A DNA stretch of 32,000 nucleotides from Nostoc punctiforme PCC 73102 (lineage in GTDB: Bacteria; Cyanobacteriota; Cyanobacteriia; Cyanobacteriales; Nostocaceae): assembly GCF_000020025.1 (NCBI RefSeq), contig NC_010628.1:5970001-6002000 (forward strand), in the 5' to 3' direction. The position numbers and the translations under genes are program-made. Position 1 is the stretch's first letter; each line of letters starts with the position of its first letter. A model generated the notes under the pieces. It had not been told where the DNA came from and searched no databases. It saw only the letters and a program-made list of their open reading frames with translations. Of this stretch, positions 17,147-25,588 are shown piece after piece.

Positions 17147-17830
17147 TTAGGGAGATTCTTTATAGACTGTGAAAGATTTGGTTAAACCGAAAAACTTTTC
17201 TTCATAAAGTTGCGATTCAGGGAACAGATTTAGGAATTCTCTCTTACTCAGCAGCCTAATTGAAGTTGCTATCTTTCTAGCCAGCTCTTTATCAGCTACC
17301 TTGTCGTACCATCCAATAGCAAAATTTGTTAGTAGCCATACCCGAGAACTTACGGGAAGAAATTGAAATAAAGGAAATACAAAGTGGGGTTCAATCGGAA
17401 AAAAAACATTTGGTGTTTGAACAAAATATCTTTTTCCCACTCGCATTACTTCAGTAGCCATCTGGTACTGTTGATCGTAATCTCCGACATGTTCAATCAC
17501 TGAATTGGAAAAAACTATATCAAACTCATTGGATTGAAAATTTACCATATTTGTAGCACTCCCAATAACTTGCTTGATTTTTGGATGTGTTGAGCTTGTT
17601 TTGGGAAATTTTAAATTTAGTAAAGTAATTTCTATGTCTTTATTTTCTTGATTCAAAAAGCCTAAATTCTCCCAAAAGCCTACTGTTCCTCCAACATCGA
17701 GTATTTTTATAGGTGAGGGCAGTGAGTCTAATATAGATACGAACAAAGAGAAGCGCTTTTTTCTTAGGCTACTTGCCCACGAGTCGGAAAGAGTAGAGTC
17801 ATATACTTTACGGCCTATGAGTTTATTCAT
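17147..17830 (-). CDS. Class I SAM-dependent methyltransferase
   Basis: 227 aa. Motif I ILDVGGTVGFW, downstream DIVFSNSVIEHV (Methyltransf_11-like). AT-rich. Its stop lies only 14 nt from the stop of the convergent 760-aa gene. Confidence 0.7.
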   Translation of the reverse strand: MNKLIGRKVYDSTLSDSWASSLRKKRFSLFVSILDSLPSPIKILDVGGTVGFWENLGFLNQENKDIEITLLNLKFPKTSSTHPKIKQVIGSATNMVNFQSNEFDIVFSNSVIEHVGDYDQQYQMATEVMRVGKRYFVQTPNVFFPIEPHFVFPLFQFLPVSSRVWLLTNFAIGWYDKVADKELARKIATSIRLLSKREFLNLFPESQLYEEKFFGLTKSFTVYKESP

Positions 17831-18084
17831 TTATTTGTTACCACTAAAATTAGTTTATTTAACAAATGAAATATTGTTTAAGATATGTTGTAAAAACGCT
17901 CTGGAGGTAGTATATTTTTACAGTGTTTTTTTGTCAATACTTTATATCTAAATTGTTATAAGTACTTATGAGCAATGATTCCAAGTAAAGAATTGTAGGG
18001 AGAGCAAGCGAGTCTTTGTGGTAAAGATCGAGAGATGCCTTTAAAAAGAAACCGTAAAAGTTTGCCTGCCCTATTTCCTACAGG

Positions 18085-19287
18085 TCAATTCTTATTTTTC
18101 TGAAAACTCCCACGTCTGCGCCCATTTTCAAGCAGGGGTTTTCGTAACGGTACTACCTCAGCCTCATTACTCTCGCGTGCTACCCGAATCAACAACCCAG
18201 CAGCTATTAAGCTAGCAATCATAGAATTACCACCATAGCTAAACATGGGCAAAGGCAAGCCTGTAGTTGGTAGAGAACCTGTAGCCACACCAATATGGAG
18301 CAATGATTGTCCTACCATCACAATCGTCACGCCGATCGCTACTAATCGATGTACTGTATTTTTAGCCTTCAGCGCCACAATTAATCCGAGAGTAGCGAAT
18401 GTAGCTAAAAGTGCCAACAACACCATACTGCCAACAAAGCCGAACTCCTCAGCGAACACGGCAAAAATAAAATCGGTATCCTGAATGGGTAAATAAAACA
18501 GTTTTTGTTGAGAAAGCCCAAACCCGGCTCCCCAAGTTCTACCAGAACCCACAGCTAGTAGACTTTGCACCAACTGGTAGCCATCTCCTGTAGCATCTGC
18601 CCAAGGATTGAGGAATGACATCACCCGCTTACGCTGATACTCTTTTATGCTAATACTGAGTATCGCCAACATTACTCCGCCAATTGCTGTTCCCCCTAGG
18701 TACTTGTAAGGTAAGCCAGCCGCTAGAGCAATTAGCCAAATAGTCATACCGCAAAGTGCTGTTGTACTTAAGTTGGGCTGGGCAAGAATTCCTAAAAGTA
18801 CCAAACCGAAAATGCCCAACCAAGCAAAGCGAACCCGCCAACTGATACGTTCCCACTGACCAAAAAGCCGCGCACTTTGCAGCACCAAAAAGGGTTTAAT
18901 TAATTCTGAAGGTTGAATAGGAATTGGCCCGATCGCAATCCAACGGGCTGCATCAAAAGCCTTTTTTCCCAATCCTGGAATCAGTGTGACAAAAATTAAT
19001 GCCAAAAACAGCAACAAAAACCAATGGGATACTCCCAAAATTTTCTGCAACGGCAAATTAACAATAATATTAAATCCGATTAAAGAAACTAAGACCCAAA
19101 GCAGTTGACGCTTAAAGTAGTACAATCCATCACCCTGACGCGCGTCAGCGACGGGATAAGATGCTGAAAATAGCATTATCAAGCCGACAAACAGCCAAAT
19201 CAACGTTAACCAGCGCAACAACCGCGCTTCTAATGCCCAGTTGGAAACTGAACTATCAAAAATTGGAATGAGGCGGCGTAGATTCAC
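18085..19287 (-). CDS. ftsW: SEDS-family peptidoglycan polymerase, probable FtsW
   Basis: 400 aa and about 10 TM helices. Conserved SEDS blocks (LLRWLTLIWLFVGLIMLFSASY, IQPSELIKP, QSLLAVGSGRTWGAGFG, LPIQDTDFIFAVFAEEFGF, GLPLPMFSYGGNSM). GTG start. FtsW versus RodA cannot be settled without phylogeny. Confidence 0.85.
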   Translation of the reverse strand: MNLRRLIPIFDSSVSNWALEARLLRWLTLIWLFVGLIMLFSASYPVADARQGDGLYYFKRQLLWVLVSLIGFNIIVNLPLQKILGVSHWFLLLFLALIFVTLIPGLGKKAFDAARWIAIGPIPIQPSELIKPFLVLQSARLFGQWERISWRVRFAWLGIFGLVLLGILAQPNLSTTALCGMTIWLIALAAGLPYKYLGGTAIGGVMLAILSISIKEYQRKRVMSFLNPWADATGDGYQLVQSLLAVGSGRTWGAGFGLSQQKLFYLPIQDTDFIFAVFAEEFGFVGSMVLLALLATFATLGLIVALKAKNTVHRLVAIGVTIVMVGQSLLHIGVATGSLPTTGLPLPMFSYGGNSMIASLIAAGLLIRVARESNEAEVVPLRKPLLENGRRRGSFQKNKN

Positions 19288-19632
19288 GAGCAGTACAGGT
19301 AAAAAGTTAGGAATTAGAAGTTAGAAATAAAACTCATAAATCATAACTTATAACTCATAAGTAGTCTTTAAAACTATAAATCTTAGAGTTGTTAACTTCA
19401 ATACACTGTTAGTTAAATATTTTTGACAAATTTGGTTGGCTATGAATGCCATATCCTTAGACGAAACAAGCTATGCTTACCATCCCGTAGAGATCGCATC
19501 ACTACACGTAAACTAAAAAAATATTTTATACATTAAACGCAGTAGTTTTAAAAATAATTGAGAATTCAGAGAGTTAAAAAATAAATGGTTAGTGCTTCTC
19601 TCTCACTGCAAGCATTTCTTAATTCTCATAAT

Positions 19633-21081
19633 TCACAAAACATAACTCAACGATTTGACGCAATCAACTGCTTGTGTATCCATAGAGAGGGGAATTTCAA
19701 TCCAGAATTCAGTACCATGCCCGGGTTCTGATACACATTTCAGTCTTCCCCTATGTTTTTCAACTACAATTTGATAGCTAATTGACAAACCTAGCCCTGT
19801 ACCCTTACCCACAGGCTTAGTTGTGAAAAATGGATCAAACAGTCGTTCTTTAACTGCTTCTGTCATTCCTGAACCATTATCGGCAATTCGAATAACACAG
19901 TTCGTTTCAATGACTTCTGTAATAATTTTAATTATATTCGGACTGGCATGAATTTCTGCGATCGCGCGTTTATCGTTATGACTTTCGAGTGCATCGATGG
20001 CATTACTGATAATATTCATGAACACTTGATTGAGTTGTCCGGCGTAGCAATCTACCAAAGGCAAGTTTCCATAGTTTTTAACTACTTTGATCCCAGGATG
20101 ATCTACGCTATTTTTAAACCGATTTTGTAAAATCAGCAAGGTACTATCTAGTCCGTGATGAATATCAACCTTTTTCATTCCTGCTTCATCAAGACGAGAG
20201 AAGTTCCGCAGAGACAAGACAATTTCAGAGATCCTTTCGGCTCCTACTTGCATCGAATCTAGAATTTTGGGCAAATCATCTCGTAAAAAATCTAATTCGA
20301 TTTCATTAATGCATTCTTTAATTTCTGGCACAGGATTGGCATAAAATTGCTGGTAAAGAAGCACAAGCTTTAGCAAACACTGTGTATAATCTTTTGTATA
20401 TTTTAAATTCCCGTAAATAAAGTTAACGGGGTTGTTAATTTCGTGAGCAACTCCTGCAACCAACTGCCCCAAGCTGGACATTTTCTCAGCCTGAACCAAT
20501 TGGGCTTGAGTTTGCTGTAGCTCCCGGAGGGATTTTTCCAATCTTTTAGCCTGAGCCTCAGCAATTTCCGCTAGATTCTCCTTAATTTGCAGCGCACTCC
20601 GCAGTTGTGCCCTTTGTTGTTTCAGTTCGCTTGTTAACTTTTTGGCATCACCCAAAGCGGTGTTTTGAGATTGTAGTAAAAACAGAAAATCAACTATTGG
20701 GTCGTGAATCGCAAAGTCTTTGAGTTTGATACCCAAAGGAGCCAAGCTAGTTGTATCTGTAATCCAGGGAGAACCTAAAAAAAATATTACCTCCTCCTCT
20801 GGTTGATACATCATCTGACCCTTGAGCTGCATTCCATTGTGGAGAAACTCTAAAATAAATAGGGCACGAGGCTGTTTACTAATAGCATCAAAATCAATCA
20901 GAATCTTTGGACGGTTAATTTGAAAATGTTGCTCAATCAATTTACCAACTAATGGCTCAGGACTAATGCGTTCCAAGACCTCACCAGTTTGTACAATTTC
21001 ACGATTACGGCTAAATGCAAAGTGGAAGGGAAAAGCTTTCGCCAGTAACTCTGGTGAAAGCGTAAGGTGAGGAGGAGCCAT
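19633..21081 (-). CDS. Soluble histidine kinase with N-terminal HNOBA (H-NOX-associated, PAS-like) domain
   Basis: 482 aa. The N-terminus aligns by eye with the sGC beta1 HNOBA region (MQLKGQMMYQPEEEVIFFLGSP ... FAIHDPIVDFLFL vs [22 protein letters not shown] ... IPLHDATRDLVLL). A coiled coil follows, then H-box VAGVAHEINNPVNFI, N-box NIISNAIDAL, G1 IADNGSGM, G2 GKGTGLGLSIS. It starts 10 nt after the H-NOX stop. Confidence 0.9.
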   Translation of the reverse strand: MAPPHLTLSPELLAKAFPFHFAFSRNREIVQTGEVLERISPEPLVGKLIEQHFQINRPKILIDFDAISKQPRALFILEFLHNGMQLKGQMMYQPEEEVIFFLGSPWITDTTSLAPLGIKLKDFAIHDPIVDFLFLLQSQNTALGDAKKLTSELKQQRAQLRSALQIKENLAEIAEAQAKRLEKSLRELQQTQAQLVQAEKMSSLGQLVAGVAHEINNPVNFIYGNLKYTKDYTQCLLKLVLLYQQFYANPVPEIKECINEIELDFLRDDLPKILDSMQVGAERISEIVLSLRNFSRLDEAGMKKVDIHHGLDSTLLILQNRFKNSVDHPGIKVVKNYGNLPLVDCYAGQLNQVFMNIISNAIDALESHNDKRAIAEIHASPNIIKIITEVIETNCVIRIADNGSGMTEAVKERLFDPFFTTKPVGKGTGLGLSISYQIVVEKHRGRLKCVSEPGHGTEFWIEIPLSMDTQAVDCVKSLSYVL

Positions 21082-21091
21082 GCTGCTACAC

Positions 21092-21643
21092 TCAATTTGG
21101 TTTATAAATCACTAAAAATTCATCATGTTCAGCACCTTCATCCCGATTCTGGGTTTGGGTAATATGAACTTCTGTATCAAACCTTGTCCCCAATCCTTTG
21201 ATTAGACCAATAACCATTGGAGTTAGCCCTTCTCGATCAGAACGATAGTGTAAACTTAGAGAATTTTCCTCCATATCAGTACACTCAAATGATGGGGGCT
21301 GGAGTTTAGGAAAGCTAACTCCTACACGAGCATGAAGATTGTCGAGGTTTTCTAAAAACTCAGGCAATGTATCTCCACTCATGTCCAGCATTTCACCATA
21401 GCCTTCTTGTGCTGTGTACTGAACCCAGAATTCCCCAAAGGCTTGCATAATTTGTTTGGGAGATAAACTTAGAATGACACTAGCAGCTTTTACCAACTTG
21501 TGGGTGATGTCATCGGGATAGCCTTCCATACTGAGGAAAACATCTACGTCCACCTCTGCTTTGTGCTTAATTTGTTTCCAAGTCTCTTCGCCAAAACGAC
21601 TGCATACCATGTCTTGAATCGCCTTGTTCACTAAACCGTACAT
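21092..21643 (-). CDS. H-NOX (heme nitric oxide/oxygen binding) sensor protein
   Basis: 183 aa. N-terminus MYGLVNKAIQDM, proximal-His context LENLDNLHARVG, and heme-propionate motif Y-x-S-x-R (HYRSDR). Closely resembles the structurally characterised Nostoc H-NOX. Confidence 0.95.
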   Translation of the reverse strand: MYGLVNKAIQDMVCSRFGEETWKQIKHKAEVDVDVFLSMEGYPDDITHKLVKAASVILSLSPKQIMQAFGEFWVQYTAQEGYGEMLDMSGDTLPEFLENLDNLHARVGVSFPKLQPPSFECTDMEENSLSLHYRSDREGLTPMVIGLIKGLGTRFDTEVHITQTQNRDEGAEHDEFLVIYKPN

Positions 21644-21947
21644 GGAAGCCTCCTGATGACTACACCTAATTTTGCTTTGTGAATTTGCCCAAGACTCGAC
21701 AACTAATTTCTTAAAAAGATTATTTTAATGACAAAATTTTCTGTAGTTATACTTTGAAAATGCTTTATTACAGATTTAAAATCCCAAAAAAACAAGTAAA
21801 ACTGTTTGTATTCTAATGCTACAAATCCTCATTGTTACAACCGTATTTTTACTTATTGCTTTGCCCAGCTAGTTTTGAGGATTTGTAGTAAGGACTTTAG
21901 TGCTTACTACAAACTTATTTACCCATCAATTTAAACTTGACACAATA

Positions 21948-22682
21948 CTACAGCAATGCATCAAAATGCACCCATGAATCAGGATACAAGCTGTATTTAG
22001 AGATTTGACGCTGAATTCCATTAAAAAATTGGACACGCGCATCCATAGCTTCTACAATAGCCAGTTTTACCTTGATATCCTCCTCATTCATGGGAATTCG
22101 AGGTTCAATCACTGCTGCTAGCTTTGCTGCATGACTATCATCTACATCAATATGGACTTCAAAAAAGATCAGGGCTTCTTTGGGTAAGGGAGTAGCACCA
22201 ATAATTCCTTTATATAGTTGCGTGTAGAGTGAGCTAACAATCCCTTCGGAAGCATAACAGACAGCACCCAGTGCAGCTAAGTAGCCATATTTATGTGGTA
22301 TCTGCAAGTAAGTTTCAATCAGGGCACGAGTTTCAGGTGCAGTGGGTAGTGCTGCCAAAGTTTCGTCGTCGATACCAAGGGCGCGGGTAAATTGACGAAA
22401 CAACTCTGGGTGGGACTGAGTTATATCTCCTTGTCCCATTTCGTCAAAGAGGTTTTCTAAGATGACTAACTGACTACTTTCATCTTCGCAACAAGATAAG
22501 ATGCTAGCTAAAATCCGATTAAATTCTTTGGAGAATTTGTACATCTGAACAGCTAGTATCTGTACGTCTGGTAAAAATAAATTTCCAGCCCGACAACGGA
22601 TTAGGAACTCATGGCTCCATAGAGGATGATTAACCGTTATTTCACGGAAGGAATTTATCACTAAAGAAGATGTCTGTGTCAT
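21948..22682 (-). CDS. Heme-oxygenase-like diiron oxidase/oxygenase (HDO) family protein
   Basis: 244 aa, all-helical-looking. Candidate ligands E81-x9-H91, E146, H177-x3-D181-x2-H184 (own numbering) reproduce the six-ligand HDO pattern. The start overlaps the upstream methyltransferase stop (ATGA). Confidence 0.7.
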   Translation of the reverse strand: MTQTSSLVINSFREITVNHPLWSHEFLIRCRAGNLFLPDVQILAVQMYKFSKEFNRILASILSCCEDESSQLVILENLFDEMGQGDITQSHPELFRQFTRALGIDDETLAALPTAPETRALIETYLQIPHKYGYLAALGAVCYASEGIVSSLYTQLYKGIIGATPLPKEALIFFEVHIDVDDSHAAKLAAVIEPRIPMNEEDIKVKLAIVEAMDARVQFFNGIQRQISKYSLYPDSWVHFDALL

Positions 22683-23446
22683 CGTAATATTTGTAGGGCT
22701 AGATGAAGTGGTTGGTCAAGCAAGGGGCTAAAAAATGATTTGTCTACTGCGATATGTTCTGAAGTTACACGCAATTCCTGTAAAATTGGCATAGTATTAA
22801 AGCCAGCAATTCTAAGGGCATTAAAATAATCTTCAAGAGTTTTGTGAATCAATTGGACATTTAACCAGGAGCCATCTCGTTTCCAAATACGACCAGGAAA
22901 CTGCTGATCTCGATTACTAAAATAGCCTGCACCCTCAACTTGAAAATAAAACGGATATGCTGCCTCCCGCATATATGGAAAAGATGGATGGGGAACGCTA
23001 AATACAAATCGACCGCCGGGACGAAGAATGCGTGCAACTTCTGCCATACATTCTTGGGTTTGAGAAATTGTCAAATAGTTAAATAGAAATACTGCAACAA
23101 CTAAGTCAATTTCGCTATCATCAAACCGCTTGAGATTGGTAGCACATCCTACTTCGTAGCTAATACTTAAAGGATGTTCTACTTCTTGCAACTTTGCGGC
23201 TTCAATCATGCCTTGGGAAAGGTCTATTCCATATACTTGTGCAGCACCACGCCTATGTAATTCTCGACTGCAATAACCTTCTCCACAACCTATATCAACT
23301 ACTCGCAGTCCACTAACAGGCTCACAAAGCTCTAGTACAGAAGGGCGTGCTGTAAAGTCTGAGAGAGAACTAGGTTCTCCTCTAATCCAGTCTGATGCTG
23401 TGTGATTGTATAAGTTTATAGTTGAGTCTTTGTGATTATTTGACAT
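22679..23446 (-). CDS. Class I SAM-dependent methyltransferase (coupled to the HDO gene)
   Basis: 255 aa. Motif I VVDIGCGEGYCS, post-I YGIDLS, motif II/III LVVAVFLFNYL and LRPGGRFVFSV. Confidence 0.8.
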   Translation of the reverse strand: MSNNHKDSTINLYNHTASDWIRGEPSSLSDFTARPSVLELCEPVSGLRVVDIGCGEGYCSRELHRRGAAQVYGIDLSQGMIEAAKLQEVEHPLSISYEVGCATNLKRFDDSEIDLVVAVFLFNYLTISQTQECMAEVARILRPGGRFVFSVPHPSFPYMREAAYPFYFQVEGAGYFSNRDQQFPGRIWKRDGSWLNVQLIHKTLEDYFNALRIAGFNTMPILQELRVTSEHIAVDKSFFSPLLDQPLHLALQILR

Positions 23447-23943
23447 TTTTAACTATCTATTTATATTAGATTTATGTTGCTTTTAACCAATCGGGGTTTA
23501 GTAAGTATTAAATACTGTATATGTTTTAACATTTTGCTAATTTAATGCTAATGTTGATTTTACTGATTTTTGTTTTCTGGTTAATTTTGTGTTAAAAAAG
23601 CATAGTTTTCAAGATATAACCTAGTTCAAATATTCTAAACTTTTTAATTTCTTCAAATAGAAAAAAATTAATATAATCAGGCTTCATGAAGTTTTCGGAA
23701 TACTTAGTTAATGCCTACTCCACACATAAATACTTTGAGGTTTAAACCTTACCTTTACATATACTTTACTAATCTGGTTAAAATTAACTCTTTAAATCAA
23801 GATAAAAAATAGAAAGTAAACAGTATATTTTACGAAGTATAAGGAGAATAATCTTGTTAGGTTGTAATAGTCAGATCGTTTTTAAAATGAAATGGCTTGG
23901 GATGTATGAGTGATTTAAATAATTTAGAATAACCTTGGAAGAT

Positions 23944-24948
23944 ATGATGTTACAAAAACTGTTAGCCAAGTCAGTAGTGGGCGATCGCGTAGAATACGAT
24001 CGGGCGATCACATTCTCTCAACTTGGCGATCAACTCTTTGATGAACTTGCTGATAAAATTGCTACAAGACGACAGTATCGGCTACTGTTTGAACACACAT
24101 TAAAGGCTGAGTTGTTCCAGCAGATCCGCATTGCTGCTGCTGGTTATATTTCAGGATGTCTGAATAGTCACATAATTCTTTCAGAAGCTGAAATGCTTGA
24201 ACGACTATTGGAAACAAGAAATACATTACCGAACTACACCGGCACTGGTCTTTTGATGCCTAAGCGAGAACATACTCTCGCATTTAACCTTTTTCAAAAA
24301 AGCGTAGCTGAGGCTTTCTACCAACTAGGAGCAAATGAACTGATTGATGCAGTAGATTTACCAGTCAATCTCCGTATGGTTTATGGTAAAACTGACGCAA
24401 AAAAATTGAGTTTACCCTTCGCTAGCTCAAAATGCCATAGCGATGTCTGGGCAGGTGTTGCAGCTGATGCGACTGTAGTAGTTCTGCCACTATTTGGCGA
24501 CATCGATAATATAACCATTGAAGCAGGTGAGATGCCCCGCGAGATGGAACTACAGTCTATGCAAGTGATGTCAGACTTCGATGAAGGTCGGGATGTTCCA
24601 ATGGTTGTCTCCTATACAGAAGCACAACTACAACATGGCACAATGTACTTCAATGATGCCCGTGGATTGCACCAAACAGTAAGAAGGAAAACTGAAGGTC
24701 TAAGGATTTCTGTAGATTTCCGGTTTCGCAGGAAATTCAATGAAGCTTACCGGGCAATGGTAGCACCTAGTATTGGTGGTGTTGAAGAAGATATGAGCGT
24801 GCCTTATGAAGACTGGCTGAAAGTTGGTAAGGAAACGCTAATTGTGTTTGATGAAAGTTGTGAACAAGCCAGAAAAAAACACAATTCTGGCGCTCCAGTT
24901 CCTCTATATACTCGTGGGTATCGCCTTGTAGAAATGTTCAACTCTTAA
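23944..24948 (+). CDS. Fe(II)/2-oxoglutarate-dependent oxygenase-like protein (tentative)
   Basis: The ORF-track protein carries H168-S-D170 ... H246 ... R257-I-S259, i.e. an HxD...H facial triad plus RxS about 11 residues after the distal His. ATG at 23944 is preferred over the TTG at 23935. The assignment is motif-based only. Confidence 0.5.
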   Translation: MMLQKLLAKSVVGDRVEYDRAITFSQLGDQLFDELADKIATRRQYRLLFEHTLKAELFQQIRIAAAGYISGCLNSHIILSEAEMLERLLETRNTLPNYTGTGLLMPKREHTLAFNLFQKSVAEAFYQLGANELIDAVDLPVNLRMVYGKTDAKKLSLPFASSKCHSDVWAGVAADATVVVLPLFGDIDNITIEAGEMPREMELQSMQVMSDFDEGRDVPMVVSYTEAQLQHGTMYFNDARGLHQTVRRKTEGLRISVDFRFRRKFNEAYRAMVAPSIGGVEEDMSVPYEDWLKVGKETLIVFDESCEQARKKHNSGAPVPLYTRGYRLVEMFNS

Positions 24949-24976
24949 CTTTCAGAAATACAAGTAACAAAAAAGC

Positions 24977-25000
24977 AAGAGGTCTGATATCAGACCTCTT
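24977..25000. terminator. Perfect 24-nt palindromic hairpin, terminator of the 2OG-oxygenase-like gene
   Basis: aagaggtctgat|atcagacctctt, flanked by an A-run upstream and tttatcaattttt downstream, 29 nt after the stop. Confidence 0.65.
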
Positions 25001-25102
25001 TATCAATTTTTATCATCCATAGACCTAGATTGATAAATTTTGCGATAGTCTAATTTTCCGAAATAAAAAACAGATTTTTTGTAGTATTAACTCTCAACAA
25101 AA

Positions 25103-25124
25103 AAGAGGTCTGTTTCAACCTCTT
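25103..25124 (-). terminator. Rho-independent terminator of apcC
   Basis: On the minus strand: aagaggt-tgaaacag-acctctt followed by ttttgttg, about 35 nt after the apcC stop. Confidence 0.65.
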
Positions 25125-25158
25125 ATCAATTCCCTAAAATAATATTCTATTTACAAAA

Positions 25159-25365
25159 TTACGACAAGCCAGTATTAGCACCTTGCTTACCAGTTGCCAG
25201 TTCTACTTTGATAATTTTACCACCTGCTTTTTGAATACGTTGCTGTTCACGGAACCAGTTTTCATAAGGAACTAGCTTAGTGAAATAGGTATTTTGCAGT
25301 TCGCGTTGGGTACGAATTCGGGTTTGGCTGGGAACTAGAGCAGTAATTTTAAACAAACGGGACAT
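25159..25365 (-). CDS. apcC: ApcC, phycobilisome core linker Lc7.8
   Basis: 68 aa. MSRLFKITALVPS...RELQNTYFTKLVPYENWFREQQRIQKAGGKI is the canonical CpcD-like small core linker. Lies downstream of apcAB. Confidence 0.95.
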   Translation of the reverse strand: MSRLFKITALVPSQTRIRTQRELQNTYFTKLVPYENWFREQQRIQKAGGKIIKVELATGKQGANTGLS

Positions 25366-25588
25366 ATTTTGAAAATCTCCTGTAAACTTTGTGAAAACTT
25401 TTTTTATCTCAAAACCTTGAGTGCAAATCTTTTAATCATTCCAAGGCTGGAAATCAAACATCAATACTAGACCACCAACACTCATCACTGATAATCTACC
25501 AAGATAAGCAATATAACGTTCTAGCACTCACGGTTGATTTCCAGACCTTAATAAAGCCGCACCTAAATTCTTAAGCGCAAACTAGCTC

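Noticed and set aside
19310-19370. aggaattagaagttagaaataaaactcataaatcataacttataactcataag looked like a Nostoc STRR-type heptamer repeat or hairpin.
   Set aside because: On inspection there is no exact tandem unit, and the two halves are not complementary.
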